From: Ignavibacteriota bacterium
GTDB taxonomy: Bacteria; Bacteroidota; Ignavibacteria; UBA10030
Assembly: GCA_963727825.1 (NCBI GenBank)
Contig: CAVSHO010000011.1
Coordinates: forward strand, 32,001-96,000
DNA length: 64,000 bases
Direction of reading: 5' to 3'
Within the stretch, counting starts at the first letter, position 1. Each line of letters opens with the position of its first letter. A program made the position numbers and the translations under genes. This document shows, piece by piece, positions 9,859-21,398 of this stretch. The notes under the pieces were generated by a model that saw only the letters and a program-made list of their open reading frames with translations, did not search any database and was not told the origin of the DNA.

Positions 9859-11163
9859 TTAATTAAAAGCGTATTGTAATTGCATCCTGCCTTGGACTAT
9901 ATTCTGTCTATTTATTTTTCCACCTGTAGCAATATAAACAACTTGGTCCGGTTGTTGAGTAAGAACGTACGAACCGCTTATCGGATCATTCATAACTGGA
10001 GCTTGAATTAAAATTGGTAAATCTAATGTGAGTTTCAAACGATCATTCTTTAGGAAATAGGTTATTCCAAGTGTAATCTCATGGATAAGATTATCGCCCA
10101 CGAGGCTGTATGATTGTTGATTGCTGCCTATATATGCAAATTTCGAGCTCGGACTGATAAAAGCATATCGTAAGGCAATCTCATATGGCTTCTTATGAAT
10201 TCCGAATTGTATTCTTCCACCTGCTGACGAAATGGAACCGTATTTGTTGTTGTAACCGCCGTAGTTCAATTCCGCCTCTGCAAAACCTAATAGATCTTCA
10301 CTAAGAGTTTTACGAATCGCAGCATCAGCTCCTATCTGCCAGAATTGCCCTAAATCAAGCGGCGAAGCTGCAATGAAGGGATTCCAGTTAGCGTCTAATA
10401 AGAGCGACTTGTCGCTGGATTTTACATTAAGGACTGTCGAATGGCCGATTCTTGAATCAGAAGTATACAAAGCATTAATATAGAATGCAGAACCTGTCGA
10501 TGGATTATAGCTAGTTTGCTTGACTGTAAGAATATCTTCATCATACCCATCATTGATTCCAGCACGCAGAACAAGCATTGGAATCCCAATCTTCTCAGGA
10601 AGATATTTAATCGGGATGTCTCTTCCTCCTCCGGTAAATATACCCAGAGCAGCAGTCAGATCTCCAGAGGTTCCGTATGTAGCAAGCCCAACATCCCTTC
10701 CAATTTCAAAATCATCATATTGAATTGATCGGTCACCAAAAGAAAGGTAACCAGTGTTTGTCATACCTTCGCGACCGTATGGAACTTTAAATTGTCCTGC
10801 TTTAAGCCGGAGAGATTGCGATAGTGGGACATCAATGCTGAAATCCAACATTTGCAGCGAGATACCTGGTGAAGGAGCCACTATAACATCTTCTCCTCCA
10901 AAAGCAAATTGGACATCGAGCTTGGTACCATCGTCATTCCCTTGAAAGCCGAATCTCGCTTCTTTAAGATATAAGTATACCCTTTGGTCTGATTCAACTT
11001 GGTCCGTTAAGGATTGTCCAAATCCTAACAATTGTAATCTCCCGTATGGAGTTATTTCTAGCTTGGCTTCTGACGTCGTGTCATTGTTAGGTTGAGCATT
11101 TGCAGGCAGAGTATATATTCCAATGATAAACAACACAAAAAGCATTTTCTGAAATGTTTTCAT
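9859..11163 (-). CDS. Outer-membrane porin (OprO/OprP-like)
   Basis: Signal peptide, ARFGFQG, LKAGQFKVPYGRE, GRDVG, C-terminal RMQLQYAF beta strand. Confidence 0.7.
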   Translation of the reverse strand: MKTFQKMLFVLFIIGIYTLPANAQPNNDTTSEAKLEITPYGRLQLLGFGQSLTDQVESDQRVYLYLKEARFGFQGNDDGTKLDVQFAFGGEDVIVAPSPGISLQMLDFSIDVPLSQSLRLKAGQFKVPYGREGMTNTGYLSFGDRSIQYDDFEIGRDVGLATYGTSGDLTAALGIFTGGGRDIPIKYLPEKIGIPMLVLRAGINDGYDEDILTVKQTSYNPSTGSAFYINALYTSDSRIGHSTVLNVKSSDKSLLLDANWNPFIAASPLDLGQFWQIGADAAIRKTLSEDLLGFAEAELNYGGYNNKYGSISSAGGRIQFGIHKKPYEIALRYAFISPSSKFAYIGSNQQSYSLVGDNLIHEITLGITYFLKNDRLKLTLDLPILIQAPVMNDPISGSYVLTQQPDQVVYIATGGKINRQNIVQGRMQLQYAFN

Positions 11164-11190
11164 TTGTTCTTCCTCTCAGGTTTTTTGTTT

Positions 11191-11805
11191 TTAGTTCGAT
11201 GGAATAGATGGAACGAGTAATTTGTAATTTTTAAGACCGACTTCGAATTCGACAGACACTTCATTTCCTGTTTTTAACACACCAAGCATAAATGTCGGTG
11301 GTTTAATGCCGTAGTCGGTCATCAACAATGTTTTTTTACCGCGTACGGTGATAATCCCGTTGCTATTTTTAATGACTTTAACTGGCAAATCAATCAATTG
11401 CTCCTTTCCTGCTATCGTCAGTGTTCCGTGTAGTTGTAAAGTAGAGTCCGAATGAATCAAGTTCTTTTCCCCGGGGCTATCGGAATGAAAAAGCGAGAAT
11501 TTTATATCGGTATATTTTTCCGCCTTTAAAGCTTCATACATATTGTCATCCATAGAAGAACTTTCCGAATGAATACTCTTTACCGGGATGATTACTTCGG
11601 CGGATGTGAATGTTCGCATAAGCGTATCCATTTCTATAACTCCATTGAGTACCGTCGATTTGCATTCATAATCGTGTAGCGTTGATGTCCCCTTGAGAAT
11701 AATAGTATTGGAAGGTTGAATGGATAATTGAATATTCGTTCCAGCCCCTATCCAGACCGATAAGCTCAATATTATTAATGGTGCGATGCTTTTAAATTTC
11801 AACAT
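11191..11805 (-). CDS. YceI-like lipid/polyisoprenoid-binding protein
   Basis: KGTSTLHD, MDDNMYEALK, GTLTIAG, MTDYGIKPP. Confidence 0.85.
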   Translation of the reverse strand: MLKFKSIAPLIILSLSVWIGAGTNIQLSIQPSNTIILKGTSTLHDYECKSTVLNGVIEMDTLMRTFTSAEVIIPVKSIHSESSSMDDNMYEALKAEKYTDIKFSLFHSDSPGEKNLIHSDSTLQLHGTLTIAGKEQLIDLPVKVIKNSNGIITVRGKKTLLMTDYGIKPPTFMLGVLKTGNEVSVEFEVGLKNYKLLVPSIPSN

Positions 11806-12370
11806 AATGACAGCCTCTTTTCTTCGTTGATATACTTTTAACTGGAATCATATTCCTTAAATGCTAACAGTAAAACGGCAACAAAAGTTTCACAAACCAT
11901 ATTTATTTTTATAATCTTGAGATAGAGCACTAGTTTCACTTTACAAGATTGTAATTGGAGAGCAATGTATTTTGTAAAAATATAATTCGATGGATGTATT
12001 CGAATATGGAACGAAATTCTTTTCAATTTGTTATAATAGGAAAGGTCTATTGTCATAACAAATTTATCGGGTGTCTGCAAAGACGAATATCATTATGAGG
12101 ATCATCGGATCGCTTGATCATTCGTTGAAATTTGATATAAGTTATCGGTTTGTAGAGGATTCATATGCAATCTTTCTAGCACATAGACAATGTCTATTTA
12201 TAATTTAAACGATTTGCAGTTTCTGCAGTCAAAAAGATAGGCACGTTTAAGGATGCTATTTATTAAAACAATTAGAATTGAAAATGTTTTTAATGAATTT
12301 GTAATAATTGTAATCTCGATAATTAAGATGTGTGATTATATTTATAAGTACATCATCCATGGAGGCATAA

Positions 12371-15242
12371 ATGAAAACATCTATTACCGTTTCTTTACTA
12401 CTCCTTCTTTTAGCAGCTAACGAAGTAATCTTAGCTCAAACTTTTGATCATATCTCGCCAAAGGATAATTCGATACTTGTTTCGTTAAGTACGAATATTA
12501 TTCTTAAATCACATGACTCTATTGACCCATCAAGCCTTTCGCCAAACGAATTTTCTGTCACTGGCTCGATGAGCGGCATACACCAGGGAACTGTACGATT
12601 ATCCGATGACAACAAAACAATTCTGTTTCTTCCATCAACGCCTTTTTTACCAAGTGAAGATGTACGTGTTCAGGTCGCTCAGGATATAACGACAACAGAT
12701 GGAGTGGCTCTTCCTGTGGTCATAATACATTTCAAAACAACTCCGCTTTCGCAGCCGCTCATTAATATCTCGCAGTCATACGACGGGACAAATGTAACCG
12801 CCGGGAATACCACAGCAGCACCGCGCTCTCTTCGCAAGACTTCGGGAGTTGATACCGTGCCATCCAATTTTCCACAAATAACGATTGGAACATCCAACAA
12901 TCCGGCGCCAGGGAGCATCTTCATAACCAACTTGACAACAACCGCTAATGCGTCTATAGGAAGCTATTTGATGATAGCCAACAACGATGGAAGTGTTGCC
13001 AAATACAAAGCACTTCCGGCAGTTGCGACCCTGTTTAAAATGGAATCCAACGGTGAGCTCTCGTTCGACTTCAGTGCAAATAGTGAGCGCTATATCATGG
13101 ATACTTCCCTAACAACGATCGATTCACTCCAATGTGGCAACGGCTATAGCGCGGATCAACATGACGGCATCCTGTTGCCGAACGGTCATGCGATATTATT
13201 TGCCTACGATCCGGAGCCAGTCGATATGAGCCAGATCGTGCCAGGAGGCAGCCCGGATGCAGTAGTCACCGGATTAGTGGTGCAGGAATTAGATGCCTCG
13301 AAAAATGTGATCTTTCAATGGAGAACCTGGGATTACCTTCCAATAACAGACTCGTATATTGATCTTACGACTCAAACTGTTGATTTAATCCATGGAAATG
13401 CATTAGCCGTTGATTTGGATGGAAATATACTTGTCTCCATGCGGCATCTTTCAAGTATTGTAAAAATAAACCGTCAAACCGGGGATGTGATGTGGATTTT
13501 AGGTGGAAAACAAAATCAATTCACGTTCATTAATGAACATGCAGCCAACGCTCCAACCTATTTTTCGTATCAGCATAATATCAACGCACTTCCAAACGGG
13601 AATTATACTTTGTTCGATAACGGTAATCAGCATGCACCTAATTATTCCCGCGGTGTGGAATATAAATTGGATGTGCCGAACAAAACGGCAACCCTGGTCT
13701 GGGAGTACCGGCACACACCAGATATCTATAGTTTCGCTACAGGCTCCGTTCAACGGCTACAAAACGGAAATACCTTGATAGACTGGGGTATCGCTCCCAG
13801 CACAAGCACTGTACCAATATTCACGGAAGTTCATCCGGACAACTCAACGGCACTCGAATTGTCTCTTCCTGCAGGACAATTTGCGTATCGCACATACAAG
13901 TACCCATGGGTAAGCCAGAAACCAAATGCAGCCGTTTCGGTTGAAATTTTGCCGGGGAATACCTATTCCTTCAACAATGCTGGGGATACGACAGGAATTA
14001 AAATAACATATAATTCTCTGACGCTGGCATTCTATGCAGGTATGACTGATGACGAGTTATCCTTATGCCCCGGTGAATCCCACGTTTAGCACCCAGGCTC
14101 CCCTTATATATTCAAATTACTTCAACATCGCAGGTTCTGGTTTCGGCACCTATACCGGCGTTGTTCAGGTCAGTCTTGCAAATTATCCTGCGGTCACCAA
14201 TCCCCGGCAGACCATCGTCTATGCAAGAACAGGTATCGGTAATATTTTTACTTCTCAGCCGACAAGCTATGACTCAACCAAGAATATTTTAACATTTACC
14301 ACCTCGACACTTGGTGATTTCGCTTTCGGAATACCGCAAATTATTGATTCTGCTTACGCGCCAGTTCCAATATCTCCAACGGACAGTGAGATTGTAAATG
14401 AACAGGCCCCGGTAAAATTTGTTTGGGGAACACGTGGCATTGTTCAAACGTATCATCTTCAAATTTCCATGAATGCCTCATTCAGCAATTTGGTAGCTGA
14501 TCAATCAAGCTTAAGCTCAACTAATTTTACACTGAGCTCAGTGAACAATAATGCGACATATTATTGGCGGATAAACAATACAAATACTTCTGGAATAAGC
14601 AACTGGTCAAAGGTAGCGAGCTTTACTACTGCTGCTCCATTTATAAAATTATTGTCTCCAAACGGCGGCGAGAAAATCTATCTTGATTCTATTAGTATTA
14701 TCCGCTGGGAATCAAATGCGAGCGATACAGTATCGATAGATCTCCTCAACGGCAATACGGTCAGTTCGGCCATTAATGACAGCGTGGTATCCGGAACGTA
14801 CGCATTCGGATGGCAGGTTGCTGCAACCTTGCTGGCAGGATCAAACTACAAGATCAGAGTAGTCAGCAGAACTAATTCCAGCTTATTCGGTGTAAGCAGT
14901 TCTGCCTTTACAATTTTATCAAGTACCACCGGAGTGAGCTCCTCCAACAATGACATCGTCAAAAGCTATGAACTGTACCAAAATTATCCCAATCCGTTCA
15001 ATCCCTCAACGGCCATTCGATTCAGCGTTCCGCAACGAAGCACAGTACATTTGACTATTTATAATATTCTTGGCCAGGTGGTGGCAGAACTGTTCAGTGG
15101 AACAGTTGATGCCGGATATTTCGAAAAGGAATGGTACGCTAACGTTGCTTCCGGTATTTATTTTTATCGTCTTGATGCCGTTGCGGTAGACAATCCCGCT
15201 ATGAGATTCACGTATGTAAAGAAGATGGCACTGTTAAAATAA
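12371..15242 (+). pseudogene. Secreted arylsulfotransferase-like protein 1 (Ig-like + ASST + FN3/Ig + T9SS-type tail), split by a frameshift near 14045
   Basis: ORF 12371..14089 has DQHD, IHGNA, SMRH, YQHN motifs; overlapping ORF 14049..15242 continues with YYWRI FN3 and YQNYPNPFNP tail. Frameshift may be real or an assembly error. Confidence 0.8.
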
Positions 15243-15301
15243 AATATTGTTCCACATATGATAGACTGTAGTTCATCCATATAGTGTAGTAAAGGGTACC
15301 G

Positions 15302-17260
15302 ATGAAAACTAGATCTTGGCGATCACAATCAATTGTAAATAATCCTATTTCTGTTTATTTATTTCGTTCCTTCAGATTATTGATTCCGCTTTATGCACTG
15401 TTTTTCTTTACAGGTGCCTCTAAAATAACGACGGTACAATATATCTCGCCTGTACCCAATTCAAAAATAGTAAAGGCGCAGACAAATATCATTATGAAGG
15501 TCATTGGGTCGCTCGATAACACGTTGAAAAAAGATTCGTCACTCTTTCTTGTGAACGGCTCTCTTAGTGGTAAGCATCTTGGGCTTGTATCAATTTCTGA
15601 TGATAACGAAACAATCGTGTTTCTTCCGGATGTCCCGTTTACTCCTGGTGAGAAGGTTTCAGTACTTTTACGTAGTGGGGTTCGAACTCGCGAAGGTTAC
15701 GCTGTACAACCAGTTGCCTTTTCTTTTACGATATCTTCGACGATAGGCGAGAGTCAAACACACAAGACTCAAACAGAACTGGCCAGAATAAGTCTTGCAG
15801 AAAACTCCATTACCAATCCGGCACATGTTCAATCACCGTCGAATAGAATAGGCAAGGTTCAAGATCCCCTTCCTTCCGGATTTCCATTAATGAGACTCAC
15901 TGCATCCAACAATCCGTCGCCGGGATATATTTTCCTTTCGTCCTATAAAACAGACAATCCAGGCAATCACATGCAATATGCGCCTTTTGTCTACTCCGAC
16001 GAGCAATATAGCATAATCCTTGATAATAGTGCCAATCCGATCTATTATAAAAAAATGCCTGGATTTAATACTGATTTTAAAGTTCAGCCAAATGGACACC
16101 TCACGTACTACGATGATTCATGTCCTGCCTTCTATGAAATGGATACCACTTACACAATCACCAATACGTACACCGCTGAAAATGGATACACGATAGATTC
16201 CCATGAGTTTAGAATATTGCCGAACGGTCATGTTATTTTTTTATGCCAGGATCGAGAACCAGTGGACATGAGCAAGATTGTCAGTGGTGGTGATTCAAAC
16301 GCACTCGTCATCGGGATAGTGATACAGGAGCTCGACAAGAATAAAAACGTTGTATTCCAGTGGAGAAGTTTTGATCACTTCCAAATCACTGATGCGACAC
16401 AGGAGGATCTGACTGAAAGTCTCATTGACTATGTCCATTCAAATGCAATCGAATTTGATACGGACGGAAATATTCTTCTTTCGTCACGCCATTTGGATGA
16501 GATCACCAAGATCGATCATACGACAGGAAATATTATCTGGCGTTGGGGAGGGAAAAACAACCAATTCACATTCATCAACGATACAATTCATTTCTCTCAT
16601 CAACATTCAATACGTAAAACGCCTACTGGAACATATATCTTATTTGATAACGGCAATTTCCGGACTCCAGCATTTTCAAGGGCATTAGAGTATGCTCTCG
16701 ATGAAAAAGCTAAGACTGCTACTCTCATATGGCAATATAGACATACGCCGGATGTAGTTTCTATTGCCATGGGTTCTGTACAAAGACTGTCGAACGGAAA
16801 TACGCTAATAGGATGGGGCACTGGAACGCCAGCTTTAACGGAAGTGCGTCCGGATGGTACAACTGCTCTCGAGCTACAATTTCCGGACAGTGTTGTAAGT
16901 TATCGCGCGTTCCGCTCTGTGTGGCCGCTTCCGACTGCAACAAATGTTTTGCAGCCGGGCAGTAAACCCGTAACATCTTTTTTGCTTCTCCAGAATTATC
17001 CAAACCCGTTTAATCCCACAACGACCATTCAATTTAATTTGGAGAATCAATGCTTTGTGAATCTCAAAGTGTACGATATGCTTGGGCGTACGATTGCAAC
17101 TCTTGTCGAAAAAGAAATGTCTTCCGGAAATTACTCAGTTCCTTTCGATGCAAGCAGATACTCATCAGGCACATATCTCGCAGTGCTGAAGGTCACTGTT
17201 GAAGGTCAAAACGGACATAGCGTGTACACCTATACACGAAAAATGACATTAAATAAATGA
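15302..17260 (+). CDS. Secreted arylsulfotransferase-like protein 2 with T9SS-type tail
   Basis: DSHEF, VHSNA, SSRH, HQHS motifs; QNYPNPFNP tail. Confidence 0.85.
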   Translation: MKTRSWRSQSIVNNPISVYLFRSFRLLIPLYALFFFTGASKITTVQYISPVPNSKIVKAQTNIIMKVIGSLDNTLKKDSSLFLVNGSLSGKHLGLVSISDDNETIVFLPDVPFTPGEKVSVLLRSGVRTREGYAVQPVAFSFTISSTIGESQTHKTQTELARISLAENSITNPAHVQSPSNRIGKVQDPLPSGFPLMRLTASNNPSPGYIFLSSYKTDNPGNHMQYAPFVYSDEQYSIILDNSANPIYYKKMPGFNTDFKVQPNGHLTYYDDSCPAFYEMDTTYTITNTYTAENGYTIDSHEFRILPNGHVIFLCQDREPVDMSKIVSGGDSNALVIGIVIQELDKNKNVVFQWRSFDHFQITDATQEDLTESLIDYVHSNAIEFDTDGNILLSSRHLDEITKIDHTTGNIIWRWGGKNNQFTFINDTIHFSHQHSIRKTPTGTYILFDNGNFRTPAFSRALEYALDEKAKTATLIWQYRHTPDVVSIAMGSVQRLSNGNTLIGWGTGTPALTEVRPDGTTALELQFPDSVVSYRAFRSVWPLPTATNVLQPGSKPVTSFLLLQNYPNPFNPTTTIQFNLENQCFVNLKVYDMLGRTIATLVEKEMSSGNYSVPFDASRYSSGTYLAVLKVTVEGQNGHSVYTYTRKMTLNK

Positions 17261-17377
17261 TTCGTTATGGAAATCGGTCCCTTGAGCGGAGAACACTCCG
17301 AAGAATCGTAGGAATTTCATAAAGAAAGAATTATCTGTCATGATATTTCGATTTTTTCAACTTGGGGAGAACTATTT

Positions 17378-19273
17378 ATGACACGGATCTTGCTTCAATC
17401 TATGAAACAGAGTTCACCATTAAGCAACCATCTGATGATCACCATCGGTGTCCTTTTTCTTTTATACATCAAGGTGAATGCGATGCCCGGCGTACAATAT
17501 GTATCTCCGTCTCCCGGGTTAACATGTGTCTCCCAGCAGTCGAATATCATTATCCGCTGGGGATGTACATTGGACCGATCACTCGAATTGGATTCTTCTG
17601 TGTTTTCAGTGCGAGGCTCCAAGAGCGGTTCCATTGGCGGCAGAATAGTGTTGTCTGACGACGCAAAGACACTCCTTTTTTTTCCTGAAAAGAATTTTCT
17701 GCCTAGCGAGATAATCTCCGTCTCAGTGAAGAACGGCCTCCACGCAACCTCTGGTGCAGAGCTGGATTCAGTTCACATAAACTTTACCGTGAGTCCCCTT
17801 TCGACGCCTGAAAAGAAAGCACTCGATCAGAAGGCGATTGCATTATACAACCCATCAAGTCAACTTTCAGGGATGAAGAAAGCGTCGGCCGGCGGTAAAG
17901 CTTCAGGGAATATTGGAGCATCTTCAGCTTTAACATTGCCACTTCCGGTGATCAACATATCTACTCAACCTTCACCTGGCGTGATTCTCCTTAGTCCTTG
18001 GTATGGCACTCTTACAGCAACAGGGACAATTGCTGTTTTTTCAGATAATCAGTTTATTCTAGTTATCGATAATACTTGTCAACCAATATTTGACGCCTCA
18101 ACTATATACAGGGCATTTGATTTTAAATTGCAGCCAAATGGAACCTTGTCGTACTTCGACGAATATTTATCTTCGAACATCGTAATGAATCTTAATTTTC
18201 AAATGGTTGATACTTACACATGCGGTAATGGTTACCAAACAGATCCACATGATTTCCTTCTCTTCCCCAACGGCCACGCACTTATTTTGGGCCTCGATCC
18301 TGAACTGATGGATATGAGCTCCATCGTAACGGGCGGTGATTCTAACGCAACTGTGATTGGCTTCGTCATTCAAGAACTCGACCGATTAAAAAACGTGATC
18401 TTCCAATGGAGGAGCATTGATCATTTCAAAGTCACCGACGCTACACACGAGGATCTGACCGCCGTCACAATTGATTATGCACATGCAAATGCACTTACCC
18501 TCGATGCCGATTCAAACATTATAGTATCGACCAGACATATGGATGAAATCACAAAGATCGATCGCATAACGGGGAATATTATCTGGAGATGGGGAGGGAA
18601 AAACAATCAATTTACATTCACAAACGATACAATAGGATTTTCTCATCAACATTGCATTAATTACATCGACAATGGCAATTTTACTCTCTTCGACAACGGC
18701 AATTTCCATACACCCCAATTTTCACGTGCGCTTGAATACAGGCTTGACGAACAGGCAAAAACTGCGGCACTGGTTTGGCAATTCAGACATACTCCGGATG
18801 TCTATGCTAATTCCATGGGTTCCGTTGAACGATTATCGAATGGGAATACATTTATCGGATGGGGAGCAAGTGACTTGGCGGCGACAGAAGTAAGCCCCGA
18901 CGGAAGTACAGTATATGAAATACAATTCCCTGACAATTTCTTCAGCTATCGAGCAATGAAAATTCCCTGGGGCACTGGCACATCGACACCCGTGACGTTG
19001 GAAGTTCCCGCTGCATTTTCACTGGCTCAAAATTATCCAAACCCGTTTAATCCATCCACGAATATTGAGTTCTCGCTTCCGGAAGTCCATTTCGTCACTT
19101 TAAAAATCTACGATATGCTCGGAAAAGAAATCGCTTCACTCATTAACAAGACCATGAATGCCGGAACCTACACTGTACAATGGAATGCCGCTAACGCTAC
19201 TAGCGGTGTCTATTTCTATCGACTCACTGCAGGCACTTATTCGATAACTAGAAAACTTATGTTGCTACGATAG
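17378..19273 (+). CDS. Secreted arylsulfotransferase-like protein 3 with T9SS-type tail
   Basis: DPHDF, AHANA, STRH, HQHC motifs; QNYPNPFNP tail. Confidence 0.85.
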   Translation: MTRILLQSMKQSSPLSNHLMITIGVLFLLYIKVNAMPGVQYVSPSPGLTCVSQQSNIIIRWGCTLDRSLELDSSVFSVRGSKSGSIGGRIVLSDDAKTLLFFPEKNFLPSEIISVSVKNGLHATSGAELDSVHINFTVSPLSTPEKKALDQKAIALYNPSSQLSGMKKASAGGKASGNIGASSALTLPLPVINISTQPSPGVILLSPWYGTLTATGTIAVFSDNQFILVIDNTCQPIFDASTIYRAFDFKLQPNGTLSYFDEYLSSNIVMNLNFQMVDTYTCGNGYQTDPHDFLLFPNGHALILGLDPELMDMSSIVTGGDSNATVIGFVIQELDRLKNVIFQWRSIDHFKVTDATHEDLTAVTIDYAHANALTLDADSNIIVSTRHMDEITKIDRITGNIIWRWGGKNNQFTFTNDTIGFSHQHCINYIDNGNFTLFDNGNFHTPQFSRALEYRLDEQAKTAALVWQFRHTPDVYANSMGSVERLSNGNTFIGWGASDLAATEVSPDGSTVYEIQFPDNFFSYRAMKIPWGTGTSTPVTLEVPAAFSLAQNYPNPFNPSTNIEFSLPEVHFVTLKIYDMLGKEIASLINKTMNAGTYTVQWNAANATSGVYFYRLTAGTYSITRKLMLLR

Positions 19274-19299
19274 TTCCTTACAATTAGATTATTAAATCT

Positions 19300-19326
19300 A
19301 GCTCCGGCTAATCGCTGGGGCTTTTT
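19300..19326 (+). terminator. Intrinsic terminator after the ASST cluster
   Basis: AGCTCCGGC-TAATC-GCTGGGGCT followed by TTTT. Confidence 0.65.
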
Positions 19327-19401
19327 AAAAGTCATTTACGCTTTAAATGCGGATTCTATGACTAATTACTTAACTTCTCCAATGAAAAAAATATTTGATA
19401 T

Positions 19402-19947
19402 TCATTTTGCAATACCAATAACCCCATACCCAATTCTCGCTCCAGCATTTCCAGTTGGTTGTGTTTTGAAGTCGTCCTCTTTTGCATGAATAATAACAGC
19501 ATGGCCGATAATCGAATATTTGCCATTCAGTTTCATTGCAGAATCGATGTAATCGAGATGCGCAATACCATTTTCATCTGCTTCAAGGTTTCCCATATCG
19601 CCTGCATGACGTTTCTCACTCATCGGACTGCTATGAGGCATTTGCATAGGATTGAAGTGTCCGCCCGCTGAACTGCCGTCTTCAGAACTGATATCGCCAA
19701 ATTCGTGAATGTGAAATCCATGTTTACCTTGTGTTAGTCCCGTAAGATTCGCAATAACATGTATCCCTTTATCGACTTCTTCAAACGTCACCAAGCCGTG
19801 TATAGAATTCCCTTTTGTAGGTGTGATCACAGCAATTGCCCTCTTGACAGTAAACTTCTGATGCACCATACTTTCCATTTGAGCAAACAGAAAATGCGTG
19901 CTTATAAGGAATAATGCCAGGGCAAAAAGAATAATTCTTTTTTTCAT
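19402..19947 (-). CDS. sodC: Periplasmic Cu/Zn superoxide dismutase
   Basis: HGFHIHE, GGHFNP, RHAGDMGN, IIHAKEDD, GNAGAR; signal peptide. Confidence 0.93.
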   Translation of the reverse strand: MKKRIILFALALFLISTHFLFAQMESMVHQKFTVKRAIAVITPTKGNSIHGLVTFEEVDKGIHVIANLTGLTQGKHGFHIHEFGDISSEDGSSAGGHFNPMQMPHSSPMSEKRHAGDMGNLEADENGIAHLDYIDSAMKLNGKYSIIGHAVIIHAKEDDFKTQPTGNAGARIGYGVIGIAK

Positions 19948-20081
19948 ATCTCCTCCTTTTATATAAAAACGAACAACTTACTGTATTTAAACTTAGAACT
20001 TTATTTTCATTTATAACCACTGTTTTGTTAGGAAAGTTTCATCGAGGAACGTTTTGGTTGCAATTGTTTGTTAAAAAGTAA

Positions 20082-20838
20082 ATGAAAAATATGTCTCTCA
20101 GATGCTGTAACTATATCATTCTTCAAATCGGCGCCCTTTTGGGGGTAATATCTATTCCTGCGTTAGCAGGTCCTCCTTTTAGGACTGATGACCCTCAGCC
20201 CGTCGACTATCAGCATTGGGAGTTCTATGTCGCATCAATGCAGCAAATAGATAACGATCAAACTAGCGCCACGCTTCCTCACTTTGAGATCAATTACGGT
20301 GTAGTACCCGATGTTCAGCTTCATCTTGTCGCCCCATTGGGCTATGTGCATGATGCCGACGCCACACATTATGGATATTCCGATACGGAGTTTGGCATTA
20401 AATACAGGTTTGTAGAAGAAACGGAAACTGCCCCTCAAATTGGAATTTTCCCTCTTGTTGAACTTCCAACGGGCGATGAGAATAAACAATTAGGCACGGG
20501 AAAAGTCCAGGCTTATATTCCCATTTGGATTCAAAAGAGCTGGGGAAACTGGACGACGTACGGCGGAGGAGGGTTTTGGTATAATCCCGTACCCGATCAA
20601 AAGAACTGGATTTTTACGGGATGGGAACTGCAGTACCGATTTTTCTAAGCTCGTCACGCTAGGTGGAGAATTGTGCTATCAGACCGCTAATACGCCGAAT
20701 TCTGAATCAAGCAGATCGTTTAATCTCGGTGGATTTATAAATTTCGATGAAGCAAACCATCTCTTATTTTCACTCGGCCATAGTTTATCAGGCAATGCAA
20801 CGATAACGGGTTATTTCGGTTATCAACTCACCATTTAA
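20082..20838 (+). pseudogene. Outer-membrane beta-barrel/transporter (MetA-pathway-like), frameshifted near 20637
   Basis: GPPFRTDDP N-terminus; removing one base at CAGTACCGAT restores QYDFSKLVTLGGE...GYFGYQLTI* ending at 20838. Confidence 0.7.
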
Positions 20839-20981
20839 TGACAGTGATTAATAAATAGTGACAACTTATAACAAAAACAAATTACGATCATATTGAATTC
20901 AATTGAGGGATATGAAATTATGCCTACATTATTGTAAGATCGTTTATTTTAGGGTGTGCAGAGAAACCCGACAAGGTTCAA

Positions 20982-21185
20982 AATATTATTATACTCAATC
21001 GTTTTATGGCAAGCATTGCATTCATTTCTGAAGGGTTTCAAAAATTCTTATTTTCTGAATCACTTGGTGTGAGACAAATCATTAAGATAGGAATTTCCGC
21101 TCCTGAACTGATGACTCCCTTTGTTCGTATCGTTGAAGTAGCATGTGGCACAATGATATTTTTTTTATTACTTCACTATCTTTAA
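20982..21185 (+). pseudogene. DoxX-family remnant
   Basis: Reads ILNRFMASIAFISEGFQKFLFSESLGV...KIGISAPELMTPFVRIVEVACG then stops early; resembles the DoxX N-terminal half. Confidence 0.55.
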
Positions 21186-21398
21186 GAATACTTGCCCAAA
21201 GTTATCCTTTCTAAAACCAAAGTAAATTATAAAAATTGATCTGTTCATGAAATGAAAAATGAATTTATAGTAATTCCGGATACCACTTTATTTATTTGAA
21301 TCGATATTTCGTCTCGCCCTTATTCCTAAGCAGAAGTTACTCGATGGATCCCCTGTAAAGCTTAAAAGCAGAATACAATATCCGTAATGGAAAACCTG

